From Squalus acanthias (taxonomy: Eukaryota): a stretch of 64,000 nucleotides of DNA. This document shows positions 23,269 to 35,078 of the stretch, piece by piece. The stretch lies in contig CM059437.1 in NCBI GenBank assembly GCA_030390025.1, positions 54,498,001-54,562,000 of the forward strand. The letters are read 5' to 3'. A model generated the notes under the pieces. It had not been told where the DNA came from and did not search any database. It saw nothing but the letters and a program-made list of their open reading frames with translations. Numbering within the stretch: position 1 is the first letter of the stretch; each line of letters starts with the position of its first letter. The translations under genes were made by a program, and so were the position numbers.

Positions 23269-26200
23269 GGGCCAAAAATTGCAGTCAACGGCATACCTCC
23301 GGAGGTACGCCCCCGACCGACGAAAAGAATATGCACCTACCAAGAAATAATGGAGGCTTGTAAGAAACGTACTGCAATAATCATGGGCGATTTTAATCAT
23401 CATATAGATTGGACAAATCAAATTGGCAAGGGTAGCCTTGAGGACGATTTCATAGAGTGTATTCGGGATGGTTCCTTAGAGCAATACGTTGAGGAACCAA
23501 CCAGGGAGCAGGCTATTTTAGATCTGGTAATGTGTAATGAGACAGGATTAATTAATGATCTCATAGTAAAGGATCCCCGAGGAAAGAGTGATCATAGCAT
23601 GGTAGAAATTCAAATTCAGTTTGAGGGAGAGAAACTTGGGTATGAAACTAGTGTCCCAAACTTAAATAAAGGCAATTACAAGGGTATGAGGACAGAGTTG
23701 ACTAAAATGGACTGGGAAAATAGATTAAACAGTAAGACGGTCGATCAGCAGTGGCAGACATTTAAGGAGATATTTCATAAATCTCAGCAAAGGTATATTC
23801 CAGTGAGAAAGAAGGGCTCTACGAGTAGGATGCACCATCCACGGCTAACTGAGGAAGTTAAGGATGGTATCAAATTGAAAGAAAAGGCATGCAATGTTGC
23901 GAAGATTAGTGGTAGGCCAGAGGATTGGGAAATCTTTAGAAACCAGCAAAGGATGACTAAAAAAATTATAATGAGGGAGAAGATAGAGTATGAGAGTAAA
24001 CTAGCAAATAATATAAAAACAGACAGTAACAGCTTCTACAGGTATATAAAAAGGAAGAGAGTTGCTAAAGTAAACGTTGGTCCCGTAGAGGATGAGACTG
24101 GGGAATTAATAATGGGAAATAGAGAAATGGCAGAGACTGTAATCGGTCTTCATGGTAGAAGTCACTAAAAACATCCCAATAATAATAGATAATCAAGGGG
24201 CTATAGGGAGGGAGGAACTTCAAACAATCTCTATCACTAGAGAAGAAGTACTAGGCAAACTAATGGGGCTAAAGGCTGACACGTCCCCTGGACCTGGTGG
24301 CCTGCATCCTAGGGTCTTAAAAGAAGCGGCTGCAGTGATAATGGATGCGTTGGTTGTAATCTACCAAAATTCCCTGGATTCTGGAGAGTACCCAGCGGAT
24401 TGAAAAACCGCAAATGTAACGCCACTATTCAAGAAAGGAGGGAGACAGAAAGTAGGAAACAATAGGTCAGTTACCCTAACATCTGTCATTGGGAAAATGC
24501 TGGAATCCATTATTAAGGAGGTAATAGCAGGACATTTAGAAAATCATAAGACAATCAAGCAGAGTCAACATGGTTTAATGAAAGGGAAATCATGTTTGAC
24601 AAATTTGCTAGAGGTCTTTGAGGATGTAACAAACAGGGTGGATAAAGGGGAACCAGTAGATGTAGTGTATTTGGATTTCCAGAAGGCATTCGATAAGGTG
24701 CTACATAAAAGGTTACTGCACAAGATAAGAGCGGGTTCGGGTAATATATTAGCATGGATAGGGGATTGGCTAACTAAAAGAAAACAGAGAGTCGGGATAA
24801 ATGGGTCATTTTCCGGTTGGCAATCAGTAACTAGTGGGATGCCACAGGGATCAGTGCTGGGGCCTTACCTATTTACAATCTATATTAATGACTTGGATGA
24901 AGGGACCGATGTACAGTAGCCAAATTTGCTGATGATACAAAGATAGGTGGGTTAGCAAGTTGTGAGCAGGACACAGGGAGTCTGCAAAGGGATATAGATA
25001 GGTTAAGTGAGTGGGCAAAAATTTGGCAGATGGAATATAATGTGGGAAAATGTGAGGTTATCCACTTTGGAAGGAAGATTGAAAAGGCAAATTATTATTT
25101 AAATGGAGTGAGACTACAAAATGCTGCGGTACAAAGGGATCTGGGGTCCTAGTACATGAAACACAAAAATTTAGCATGCAGGTACAGCAAGTAATTAGGA
25201 ATGCTAATGGAATGTTGGCCTTTATTGCAAGGGGTATGAAGTATAAAAGTAGGGAAGTTTTGATGCAACTTTACAGGGCGCTGGTGAGACCGCACCTGGA
25301 GTACTGTGTACAGATTTGGTCTCCATATTTAAGGGAGGATATAATTGCATTGGAGGCAGTTCAGAGAAGGTTCACTAGGTTGATTCCTGGGATGGAAGGG
25401 TTGTCGTATGAGGAAAGGTTGAGCAGGTTCGGCCTATACTCATTGGAGTTTAGAAGAATGAGAGGTGATCTTATTGAAACCTATAAGATTCTGAGGGGGA
25501 TTGACAGGGTGGATGCTGAGAGGAAGTTTCCCCTGGTTGGAGTATCTAGAATTCGGGGGCATAGTTTCAGAATAAGGGGTCACCCATTTAAGACGGAGAT
25601 GAGGAGGAATTTCTTCTCTCAGAGGGTCGTGAATCTTTGGAATTCTCTACCCCAGAGAGCTGTGAAAGCTGAGTCATTGAATGTATTCAAGGCGGAGATT
25701 GACAGATATTTGAACTACAAGGGAGTCAAGGGGTATGGGGAGAGAGCGGGAAAGTGGTGTTGAGGCCAAGATTGGATCAACCATGATCTTATTGAATGGC
25801 GGAGCAGGCTCGAGGGGCCGATTGGTCTACTCCTGCTCCTGTTTCTTATGTTCTTATGTTCTACCTGATGGCGGCCCTCCTGCGTAAACTTGCGCTCTGA
25901 AGCTATGAGTAGGAGGGCAGCGTAATGGCCCACGGATCCATGGGGCATGAGAACATAAGAAATAGGAGCGGGAGCAGGCCATTCGGCCCCTCGAGCCTGC
26001 CCCGCCATTTAATGAGATCATGGCTGATCCGATTTTGGCCTCAAATCCACTTTCCTGCCCGCTCCCCATTACCCTTGATTCCCCTGTTGCTCAAAAATCT
26101 CTCGATCTCAGCCTTGAATATATTCAATGACTCAGCTTCCACAGCTCTCTGGGGTAAAGAATTCCAAAGATTCACGACCCTCTGAGAGAAGAAATTCAGC

Positions 26201-26781
26201 CTGTGGAAAGCAGCCTGTGCGGAAGTGCACCTGGGATCATGTGGGCTTGGTCCTCCAATCAGAAAACAGATTGTCTTTCATTCATTTAAATTACTACATT
26301 ACTTCATTAATACAGCCTTTAAAATACCTACAGATTTAGCTTCTTATTGTGGGCATCCAATTCATTACTCAGAATTCCCACTCCTAAACAATCACTGTGC
26401 ACGGTGCAGGAAGTTATGAAATGTAAACGTTATTTTTTAAAAGAAACCTGCAGCTTTAACATACACTAGGATTGTTTCGCATTGTTGTTGGATGTCATTT
26501 AATTTTTAAAAATATTTTTTTTATTTCGGGCATCCATTTACGCTGTGCAAACAGGCCCTGCCCCTGTTTCCACCAACCGTAAAATTTCCGTAAGTAATTG
26601 CTGGGCAGTTGGTGGGCAAATAGCCAACTCTGCACCAGCAATTACGTTTTCGGTGACGGAGAGGATGGCCCCTCAAAGCACGCAAGATCATGTGGAAATC
26701 CCGAATTTGCGGTGGATTTCAAAGGCAGTATGAAGGTTTACCCAGACAGTACGCCGTCCTACCCATCGCAAAATCCGGGCC
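23269..26781. mobile_element. Probable Harbinger-type MITE split by two CR1 insertions
   Basis: Ends GGGCCAAAAATTGC and GCAAAATCCGGGCC (imperfect TIR) with ATT on both flanks; internal similarity to 5180-5450. Confidence 0.55.
23342..25860 (+). mobile_element. 5'-truncated CR1 LINE, disrupted ORF2
   Basis: ORFs between 23158 and 25763 with endonuclease and RT motifs; (ttcttatg)n tail; candidate TSD CTACC at 23337-23341 and 25861-25865. Confidence 0.92.
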
Positions 26782-26901
26782 ATTACACATCAATCTACAA
26801 AGCCTAAATCGTCATGGAGGATAGCATCTAGCCTACTGTTTTGTATTACAATACATCAGCCTCTCGTTAGTTAAATAGAATATCGATACAACAGAACAAC
26901 G

Positions 26902-28126
26902 TGTAGGGGGTGGAAATGGGTCAGCCTTCACCTCTGACTCAGTGAGCGGTTCGAATCGCTCCCACGCCCCTGGTTCCCAGACTTTGGACTTATTTAGGGG
27001 TTGTGAACAAAGATGAAAGAATGCTGACTTTATTAAAACAAAAAGGTAACAAACTTAAAACACACTTAATACTTAAACAGAGGTTGGGGAACACACGGTA
27101 CAGACGAGGGAGAATAACAATATACCAAACAAAAAACCTTATCCCTCCCAAAAATCCCACTATCTAGCTAGGTTTTGGTTTCAGGAGATCAGGGATAATG
27201 CTCACCAAACAAATCCTTGACAGGGTTTAGAGTCTTTTGAGTAAAAGGTTTCGTAAGGCCCTTGTTGCCGCGAGGTGTCCGATGGTCACTGAGGCAGTCG
27301 CTCTGGTTTCTTCTTGTGTGTTGGTCTGTTTGTGAAGTTGTTGGCCTTCTTTCCTCCTCCTCCTCATGGCTTGTGGTGTCTTTGCTGGAGCAGAGCTGAG
27401 AGAGAGAGAGAGCTGTGCGAGCGTTGTCGGCGAGTCCAGAGAGAGCGAGTCCTGGGACATTAGGCCCCAATTATACTGTCCTTTTCGCGCCCAAAACCCC
27501 TTATTAAAACGGTTTCCTTTAGATTTCAAATGAGCCCTGCTAATTCCATTGTCTTAGTTTTGGCGGGCTTGTCAGTTTCGATGGCTTTAACTTGGTGTTA
27601 AACATGTCCTGATAGCTTCCGATTTAGGATAGGCCTTTCTCTACGTGCCAAATCTTATCCCTATTGTCCTAGGTTTTTAGGCGGGCTTTAGATCTGTCCT
27701 GTGGATACCTGGTTGATTGGTTTTTGATGAAGTAAATCGGGTTACTAAATGTTTTATTGATTTCAGGCTTCTGGTATCCTGTGTGGGCCTGGGAATTTCA
27801 AAAGAGGTCTTGGATTATTCATATTTCGATGTGTGTGTGAGGCTTTTGGGTTTGTCTCTTCCTCCTTGGTAGGAAGGCATTGTAAACACATTCCCAGACA
27901 GCTTAATTGGGCCCCAATACCCAAAGCTATCCACTGCCTGGCCACGCCCCTCCGCAGCCTGTCGGTGTCTGTGAAAGGTGTCTTTCCCAACAGTAAGATT
28001 CAAAAAGTCATTTTCCTCAGGGTTTTCTTCCCTGATCTTTAAAAATGTCCAAAACTGAGGGTTTTACCTCAAATCACTTCACTTAGGGTTCTGTTCGAGT
28101 TTCTGGGGGATTTTGCGAAGCCTACA
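26902..28126 (-). mobile_element. Solo LTR, 1225 bp
   Basis: Termini TGTAGG...CCTACA; 5-bp TSD CAACG at 26897-26901 and 28127-28131; strand inferred from minus-strand AATAAA near 27030. Confidence 0.85.
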
Positions 28127-29129
28127 CAACGTCAAACATTACAGGTTACACACTTGCGTGTGAATGGAATCGATGAGCGAAGGGAGGTTCTTAGAGTGTA
28201 TTCTGAAACGTACAACCGGTGCAATTGCGCGCAATACCAGGATGGAATTTAATAACTGCCTTCTTAGTATAATAATGTAAAACTACATCTGCCCTAAACA
28301 GACTGAGATCTCAAAATGCCGAAAGTAATAACATGGAATAACGTTATTAACACTCTAGCACATAATAAACTGCTAATACATAATGACAGCGTCCTTCATT
28401 TTAATATCCAGAAATTGGCAATTGCTATGAGGCCCAGCAATATATCTGTTGAGAAATTACACAGAATATACAGCACAGAAACAGGCCATTCGGCCCAAAC
28501 AGTCCATGCCGGCGTTTCTGCTCCCCTCGAACCAGCTCCTATCCTTCCTCGTCTACCTTTATCAGCATAACCCTAGTCCCGCATATGCTTATCTAGCTTC
28601 CCCTTAAAAGCGTCTATACTATTCGTGGGTCCTCAGCTATGAAAAATAGTGGGGATTGCGGTTTCGACAAGGGTATTGGGCGTGGACGTGCTAGATTCTG
28701 TACCTATGTCCACCACTTCCTTTTGTGAAGATGTTGGTACTAGGATTAGGGGCCTGAATAACCATATGCTTGACATCAATGATGTTCTGCACACTGCAGA
28801 ATCCAGACAGTGAGGAAGAGTTCACGACTTTTTTCATACAGCTGCCTAGTTTCCATGCGGGGATTGATAAATGAATTGTGCCAGACAACCAAGTGGTTTG
28901 ACTCTTGCATGTTCTGAGCTGCAAGTTGGGCGATTTTTCATATATCTCTTGTTGCTGCTTGAAAGGACCCAGGAGTATAATTACGTACGGCAGAGGACAC
29001 CTTTGATTTAAACGTCACTATCCTGGATCAGTTTCTACATTTGGCTTCAGGGTGTTGCAAAGTTCCCTTGTGGCCTTTTTAGGGAATAATAAACTTCACT
29101 TGCAACATTATTGCAACATAATCAGCAAT

Positions 29130-29575
29130 GACCTGTGCTCGCTGATCTACATTGGCTCCCGGTTAAGCAACGCCTCGATTTCAAAATTCGCTTTCAAATT
29201 ATGGCCTTGCCGCTCCCTATCTCTGTAATTTCCTTCAGCCCCACAACCCCCCTAGATATATGTGCTCCACTAATTCTGCCCTCTTGAGCATCCCTGATTA
29301 TAATCGCTCAACCTTTGGTGGCCGTGCCTTCTGTTGCCTAGGCCCTAAGCTCTGGAATTCCCTGCCTAAACCTCTCCGCCTCGCTACCTCTCTTTCCTCC
29401 TTTAAGACGCTCCTTAAAACCTACCTCTGTGACCAAGCTTTTTGTCCCCTGCCCTAATTTCTCCTTTTGTGGTCGGTGTCAAAAAATGTTGTCTTTTAAT
29501 ACCCCTGTGAAGCGCCTTGGGATGTTTTAGTACGTTAAAGGCGCTATATCAATACAAGTTGTTGTTGTTGTTGAT
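29130..29575 (+). mobile_element. L2-type LINE 3' fragment
   Basis: GGRAFCCLGPKLWNSLP...SFKTLLKTYL; (gtt)n tail. Confidence 0.8.
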
Positions 29576-29819
29576 TGTCTCTGCCTCTATACTGGACTAG
29601 GTCCTGTTAGATGGCCGCAGGTGCCAGTGCACTGTATGTCATGGCTCATTAGAGGATGGAAGTTATCATAATTACACTATATAACATGACAGCTCCACGG
29701 CTCTATCAATATTTCAGAGTATCTACACGTTCGGGCTACTGTTAAAATGTATTCGTAGGTAAAATATTTTAACGAGTAGTACTAGAAAAAATAATAATAT
29801 ATGGGCAAGACACTGAATA

Positions 29820-30015
29820 TGTGTGCAAAACTGTGTTGGTGGGGGTGGGGTGGGGCTGTGTGTGAGGTGGGGTGCCTGTGCTGGGGCGGGGTATGAGTGT
29901 GGGAGTGTGTGCGGGAGAGTGAGTATGTGGGGTGGAGTGTGTGGGTGTGTGTGTGGGGGTGGGGGGCTGTGTAGGGGCTGGTTGTCTGGGTGGCTTGGGC
30001 ATGTCAGTGTGTGGA
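29820..30015. repeat. GT/G-rich low-complexity tract
   Basis: Runs of gtgtg and ggggt; source of the spurious His/Pro/Thr-rich ORFs. Confidence 0.8.
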
Positions 30016-31117
30016 TGACGGGATGTCCATTCAACCCAGCTGTCCTGGGTATCGAACAGCGAAAGGGTGAGGAAATAAAATATTCAACAGTTGCAACATG
30101 ATTAAGAAATGTTATCGTGAACGGTTGTGGAGTTCACTGATGAAATAATTTAATGTTTGGATAATGAAAGAGTCGCTTCCATTTGAATCTGTTTCCCTCA
30201 TCACAGAAAGAGCAGCAGCGTAAACGGCGCAATTAAATGCCCATCTCTGGTTAAGTGCTCTAAATAGCAACGACTGACTTCGATATCATTCTTTGTGCCC
30301 AATGTAAACGAAACCTGTTGGCTCACATAGTTCACGCTATTCTGCCCAATGAAGCAAGTTAATCCTCAATGCTCCTCTACAGTATGTACCAGTTCGCGCT
30401 CCCAGACCATCGCCTGCCGTAGCGCGGGTAGTACAATCTACCCTCTGGGCGATTCCAAGGTCTCTATAATGAACGATTGTATTGATGCCATTCTCTCTCT
30501 AAAAAAAACACTCCCTTTTAAAACGTGGAATTAAAAGCTGCAGTTTTTAAAGTTATTTGGGGGAGAATTCGTTTGCAGAACATTATCATCAAGTATTGTT
30601 TATTGACTTGCTGGATTTAAAAATGAGTTCTTCGAGGCGATGAATGTTAAAAATGGAATCGAAATCACTGAGGCTTGTGTTCATAGAAGAATAAGGAGAT
30701 ATGCGATATGCCGCATTCTCTGCTCGCAGCCTTCAGTTGTCTTATTGCAATGGTTGAATCACTGTAGTTTGATATGTCTTTCGATTGAACAATAATCAAT
30801 TCTTCAAAGACGCATTGGGTCAAATTGCACTGTGTAGTTTTGCAATGTCTACCTTTCAGGTTTGCATGAAATTCAATTGGTCATCATTTTAACAGATTTT
30901 TAATAGTGTAATGTCTCTGTTAAATAGCAGCCAATGGAATTTCATGTGAACTCATTCAGCGTCCCCATGCTAAGAGAGACAACGTGATTTCACCTCAACT
31001 GTTCCTGCATGTCGTGACCGAGTCGAGTATTTAAAAATTATTGGCTAAATTTCACATTATGCCAACGTCAATCAGATCAATTCCAAAGATCCAATGAACG
31101 GCCGCGACGTGACAGAA

Positions 31118-31182
31118 ATTTGCATAAATATTAAATGCGACGCGATAGCCCCCTGTGTAAATGCTTTTAAGGAGAGGTTTAG
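31118..31182 (+). promoter_or_regulatory. IgL promoter, cluster 2: octamer plus conserved TTAAGGAGAGGTTTAG box
   Basis: ATTTGCAT at 31118-31125; 16-mer at 31167-31182; ATG at 31253. Confidence 0.85.
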
Positions 31183-31252
31183 AAGGTGCCGGATCATTAG
31201 GTTCTTGCAGAGAAACATTTTTTTCTGACATTGATTTAAAAAAATCTGCAAA

Positions 31253-31301
31253 ATGAGTGAGTGGCTTCGTGTTCTCGCCGCCCTGATGTTCTGTTTGCAA
31301 T
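31253..31301 (+). CDS. IgL leader exon, cluster 2
   Basis: MSEWLRVLAALMFCLQ + T|GTAAGT, phase-1 donor. Confidence 0.9.
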
Positions 31302-31451
31302 GTAAGTAGAGGGCTGTAAAAGTCTTCAATATTCCTGCTCTTTTTATTACGCTGATCGGGTGCTGTACTTGAGCTTCACCGGTCTGAATTGCAATTATTT
31401 TCCACGATTTTACTGAAGGTCACTTTGTCAATAACTTTTTTATTTCTCCAG

Positions 31452-31801
31452 GTACCAACGCGGGTATTGTGCTGACTCAACCACCGTCCATCTCAACTTC
31501 ACTGGGAAAAACCGTCAAAATCACTTGCACCCTGTCCGGAGGCAGCATGGGCAGCTACTACACGAGCTGGTACTGGCAGAAACCCGGCAGTGCCCCTGCC
31601 TTTGTTTGGAGGACTATGATTCGAGCAGAGGTTCGGGGATTCCTGATCGATTCACTGGATCCAGGGACACGTCGAGCAACGTCATGCATTTAACCATCAG
31701 CAATTTACAATCCGGGGATGCCGCCGAATATTACTGTGGTGCCAGGGATAGCAGTGCTGTTGTATTCACTTTCGGGAAAGGAACTGAACTGAATCTGGGC
31801 A
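31452..31801 (+). pseudogene. Germline-joined VJ exon, cluster 2, frameshifted at about 31610
   Basis: ccag|GT ACC AAC GCG; [10 protein letters not shown]...ITCTLSGG...[14 protein letters not shown], then in another frame [17 protein letters not shown]...EYYCGARDSSAVVFTFGKGTELNLG, A|GTAAGT; 350 nt, so out of frame; no RSS between V and J. Confidence 0.9.
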
Positions 31802-33959
31802 GTAAGTAAATTTCTCGCTGTGTACGTCGGGGATTCTTAAAGTGTGAGTTTTCAATTGTTGGTTTAATCCGATTGTAGTGAAAATGCTTTCGAACATACA
31901 TTTATAATTCTCCGTTTCCCTCTTGGTGTTTAGAGGGAGATGTGCTTCTGTTATGTTTGTTAAATGCTCATGAAACTGTCGCACAGCAATTGCAATGTTA
32001 TGGATGAAGTTCCAAATAATTATTTTTAAGTAGGTGGAATTCAGCCTGCACCAGTGTAATTATAATTTATTGGTGATTTGAAACATATTCGTAAAGTATT
32101 GGTCAATCTGCATGATACGGCATTAAAACATATCTGGATACTTTTGACTGCCATACATTGTCCTCGCGCTGTGCTTCATGACTCGCGTAGAGCTAAAAAA
32201 AAAATATAACGTGAAATATTTTATAATTCCCCGACACGGTGCCATTAAAGATTCCCAATCAGAGATTGGGAGCGTGTGTCATTTCCATGCGATACTTTCA
32301 GTATTGTATTTCATGTTAGTCATAATTTCACTAGTAAGAAACAGATAATTATAAATCATAGTGATTGGGTTAGAAATTTTAATATAAGTTACAGATATTA
32401 AGAAGTTGATGTTCTTTTTTGAAGACAGGGATATTGAGGTTATCAGAGATAAAATGTGATTAGAAGTTTGTTGCCTTTGGAAAGACATTATGATTGGAGA
32501 CGGTCATATGCTGTCTTGTATAGTTCTTAGTTTTTAAGGGAACTGGGTAATATTGACTGAAGAGAGATTAGCTTAATTAGGTCAAATGATGCGTCCTAGA
32601 TAACTATGATCTCCTGGAGCTTGCTTGATCCCCTTCAAGAGTTTCAGAGAAATTTCCCAGAGCATTCACGGAATTGGCCACATGTTTTTCGCTGTTTTGG
32701 CTCCCCAGAAGATGATAGTACGGGAGGTTGCATGAGTGGATATCCTCAGCAACCTAGGGTCTGAAACTCCTTTCCCATCTTTCTATTCGTATGTTTGATC
32801 CCGCGCAGATATTATAATCACTGACAGACTGATTACCTTCGAATCCGATTAATTTTGTATGAATAGAACCGCGGGATCAGCATTTGAATTTTTATTTAAT
32901 TCTGTCAGTAAAAAATTATATACCTACAGGTACTCCGAAAGACTCAAACGGCATTTTTATTGGGATATTTAGCTACAGGCTGTAGAAAAGGCGCTGCGTT
33001 GTATTATAAATTGTTCCATTCAACTTACATCTGATGCAAGTTAAATTTCAAAAGCAATTTTAACAGAGTAGGAGATTACACTTTCAAACTATTTACACGT
33101 CTGGCGGTTGGTCTGTCTCCGTTGGTAACTTTCTCACGTCTGGATCAGAACGTTTTAGATTTAAGCCCCTTTTCCAGGCGTGACATCGGAACACTAGGGA
33201 GCCCCTTGCGCATGTTCCGCCATTCCATTGGATCATGGCTGATATGTACCTCAACTCCATCTATCTGCCTTTGCTCCCTATCCCTTGATAACCTTAGCCT
33301 ACAAGAATTTATCGATCTCAGTCCTGAAGATCTAATTTCACCCAATAGCCTCCACCTTTTTGGGGCAGGGAGTTTCAGATTTCCACCACCCTTTGTGTGA
33401 AAGAGTGCTTCCTGGTTTCACTCCTTAATGCCCTAGCTCTAATTTTAAGTCCTTGGCTTTTTGTTCTGGATTCCCCCACCAGAGGAAATGGAGATATGGA
33501 GGGAGTGCGTCATTGAAGGAAATGCCTTCTTTTGGATAACGCCATAAAGAGGAGTTCCACATTCCTGTTCAAGGGTTCGTTCACGATCCCGTTGCATTAT
33601 TCGAGGAACAGCAGAAAATCACTGCCCATACCCCCACCCCCGCCTCAATCATTGCCTTAAAAGAAATGGATTTCTGGCTTCTTGCTTTGATTAAGTTTAC
33701 CGTCACTGCGCTTCAGAGTAATATAAGTGAAAACTGATGTGGTGCTATATAATGCTACTCGTTATTCTTTTTATATTAACATAAACAAGTAGAAGCAGCT
33801 GAGCTTCCTGCAGCAGATGTTTCCTCGTCTGACGAGGCAGCTAAAAGCCGAAATACTGGGTAGCGATTACATCAAACAGCGTCTCAAGCGTGACTCTGCC
33901 AGGTGCAATTGTAGCCCCAGCATTCAAATTATAACCGTCTGAAAAGACTGAACAGACTG

Positions 33960-34370
33960 GGGCCCTGAATCATTGAACATGCTGGGCGGTGACTTAATAG
34001 AGATCTTTAAATTTATGAAAGGTTTTGATAGTGGAGACGTAGAAAACACGTTTCCACTTGAGGGGTAGACCAAAACCGGGGGTCATCAATATTAGATTGT
34101 CACTAATAAATCCAAAAAGAATCCAGGAGAAACTTATTTGCCAGAGAGTGGTTAGAATGTGGAACTTGCTACCACATGGAGCAGTTGAGGCGAAATGCTG
34201 AAATGCCTTTAAGGGGAAGCTCGATAAGTACATGAGGGAAAAAGGGATCGAAGGATATGCAGACAGTGTTAGATGAAGTAGGGTGGGGGGAGGCTCGTGT
34301 GGAGCATGAACACCGGCACAGACCAGTTGGGCCGAATGGCCTGTTTCTATGCTGGATATTCTATGTCATT
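33960..34370 (+). mobile_element. CR1 3' fragment in the J-C intron
   Basis: Resembles the CR1 ORF2 C-terminus and 3' UTR; its paralogue ends at 1-170. Confidence 0.7.
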
Positions 34371-34755
34371 TCATGTAATAATCCAAGAAAGGTTGGCGCC
34401 GTTGATCGTTATTAAACTTGCATCGTAATATTCTTAATAAATTTGGACTACAGTTTAAGGAAAGGAAAACTATGATCTTCAGGTTTAATCCAAAAAAGAA
34501 TGAATATTCTTTCTGTTTCATGTTCTTTCTCGATGCACGGAGCTCCCAGTTTTTCTTCAATTCGTTATATAGTTTTCTCGATCAACGGACCCTATGTGAT
34601 TAGTTCAAGAACATTATTAATCTCCCATTGTAATATTCTTAAACTTGTAAAGTGGTACCAAATTCAAAACGTTGAAAAAGTAAAACGTTGAATTTCGACT
34701 TTTTACATCCAATTCAGAGTGGATCTTCACAGCTTGTTTCTACTTTTCTTTGTAG

Positions 34756-35078
34756 ATCCGCGGGCTCCGTCGGTGACCGTCCTTCCGCCTTCATCGGATC
34801 AAATCGCAGCAAAGACCACGGCGACCCTGGTGTGTTTGGTGAACGGTTTTAAACCGGGCGCTGTGGAGATTGAGTGGACTGTAGATGGCAGTGTCAGAGG
34901 GAATGGTGTTGAGACCAGTCGGATCCAGCAGCAGACGGACAACACGTTCAGTGTGAGCAGTTATCTGACTCTGCCAGCCTCAGAGTGGAACTCACACGAG
35001 CTTTACACCTGTGTGGTTAAACACGAGACTCAGGCAAACCCGCTTCAAACAAGTATCGCCAGATCGAGTTGTATCTGA
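34756..35078 (+). CDS. IgL constant exon, cluster 2
   Basis: ttgtag|ATCCGCGG; open 323-nt exon ending SSCI-TGA; AATAAA at 35191-35196 and 35290-35295. Confidence 0.95.

Noticed and set aside
28620-28990. Unique coding-looking stretch with a 77-aa ORF
   Set aside because: No recognisable motif or splice structure; a translated database search would be needed.
29723-30101. His/Pro/Thr-rich and Gly/Cys-rich ORFs
   Set aside because: Translation of GT-rich low-complexity DNA.
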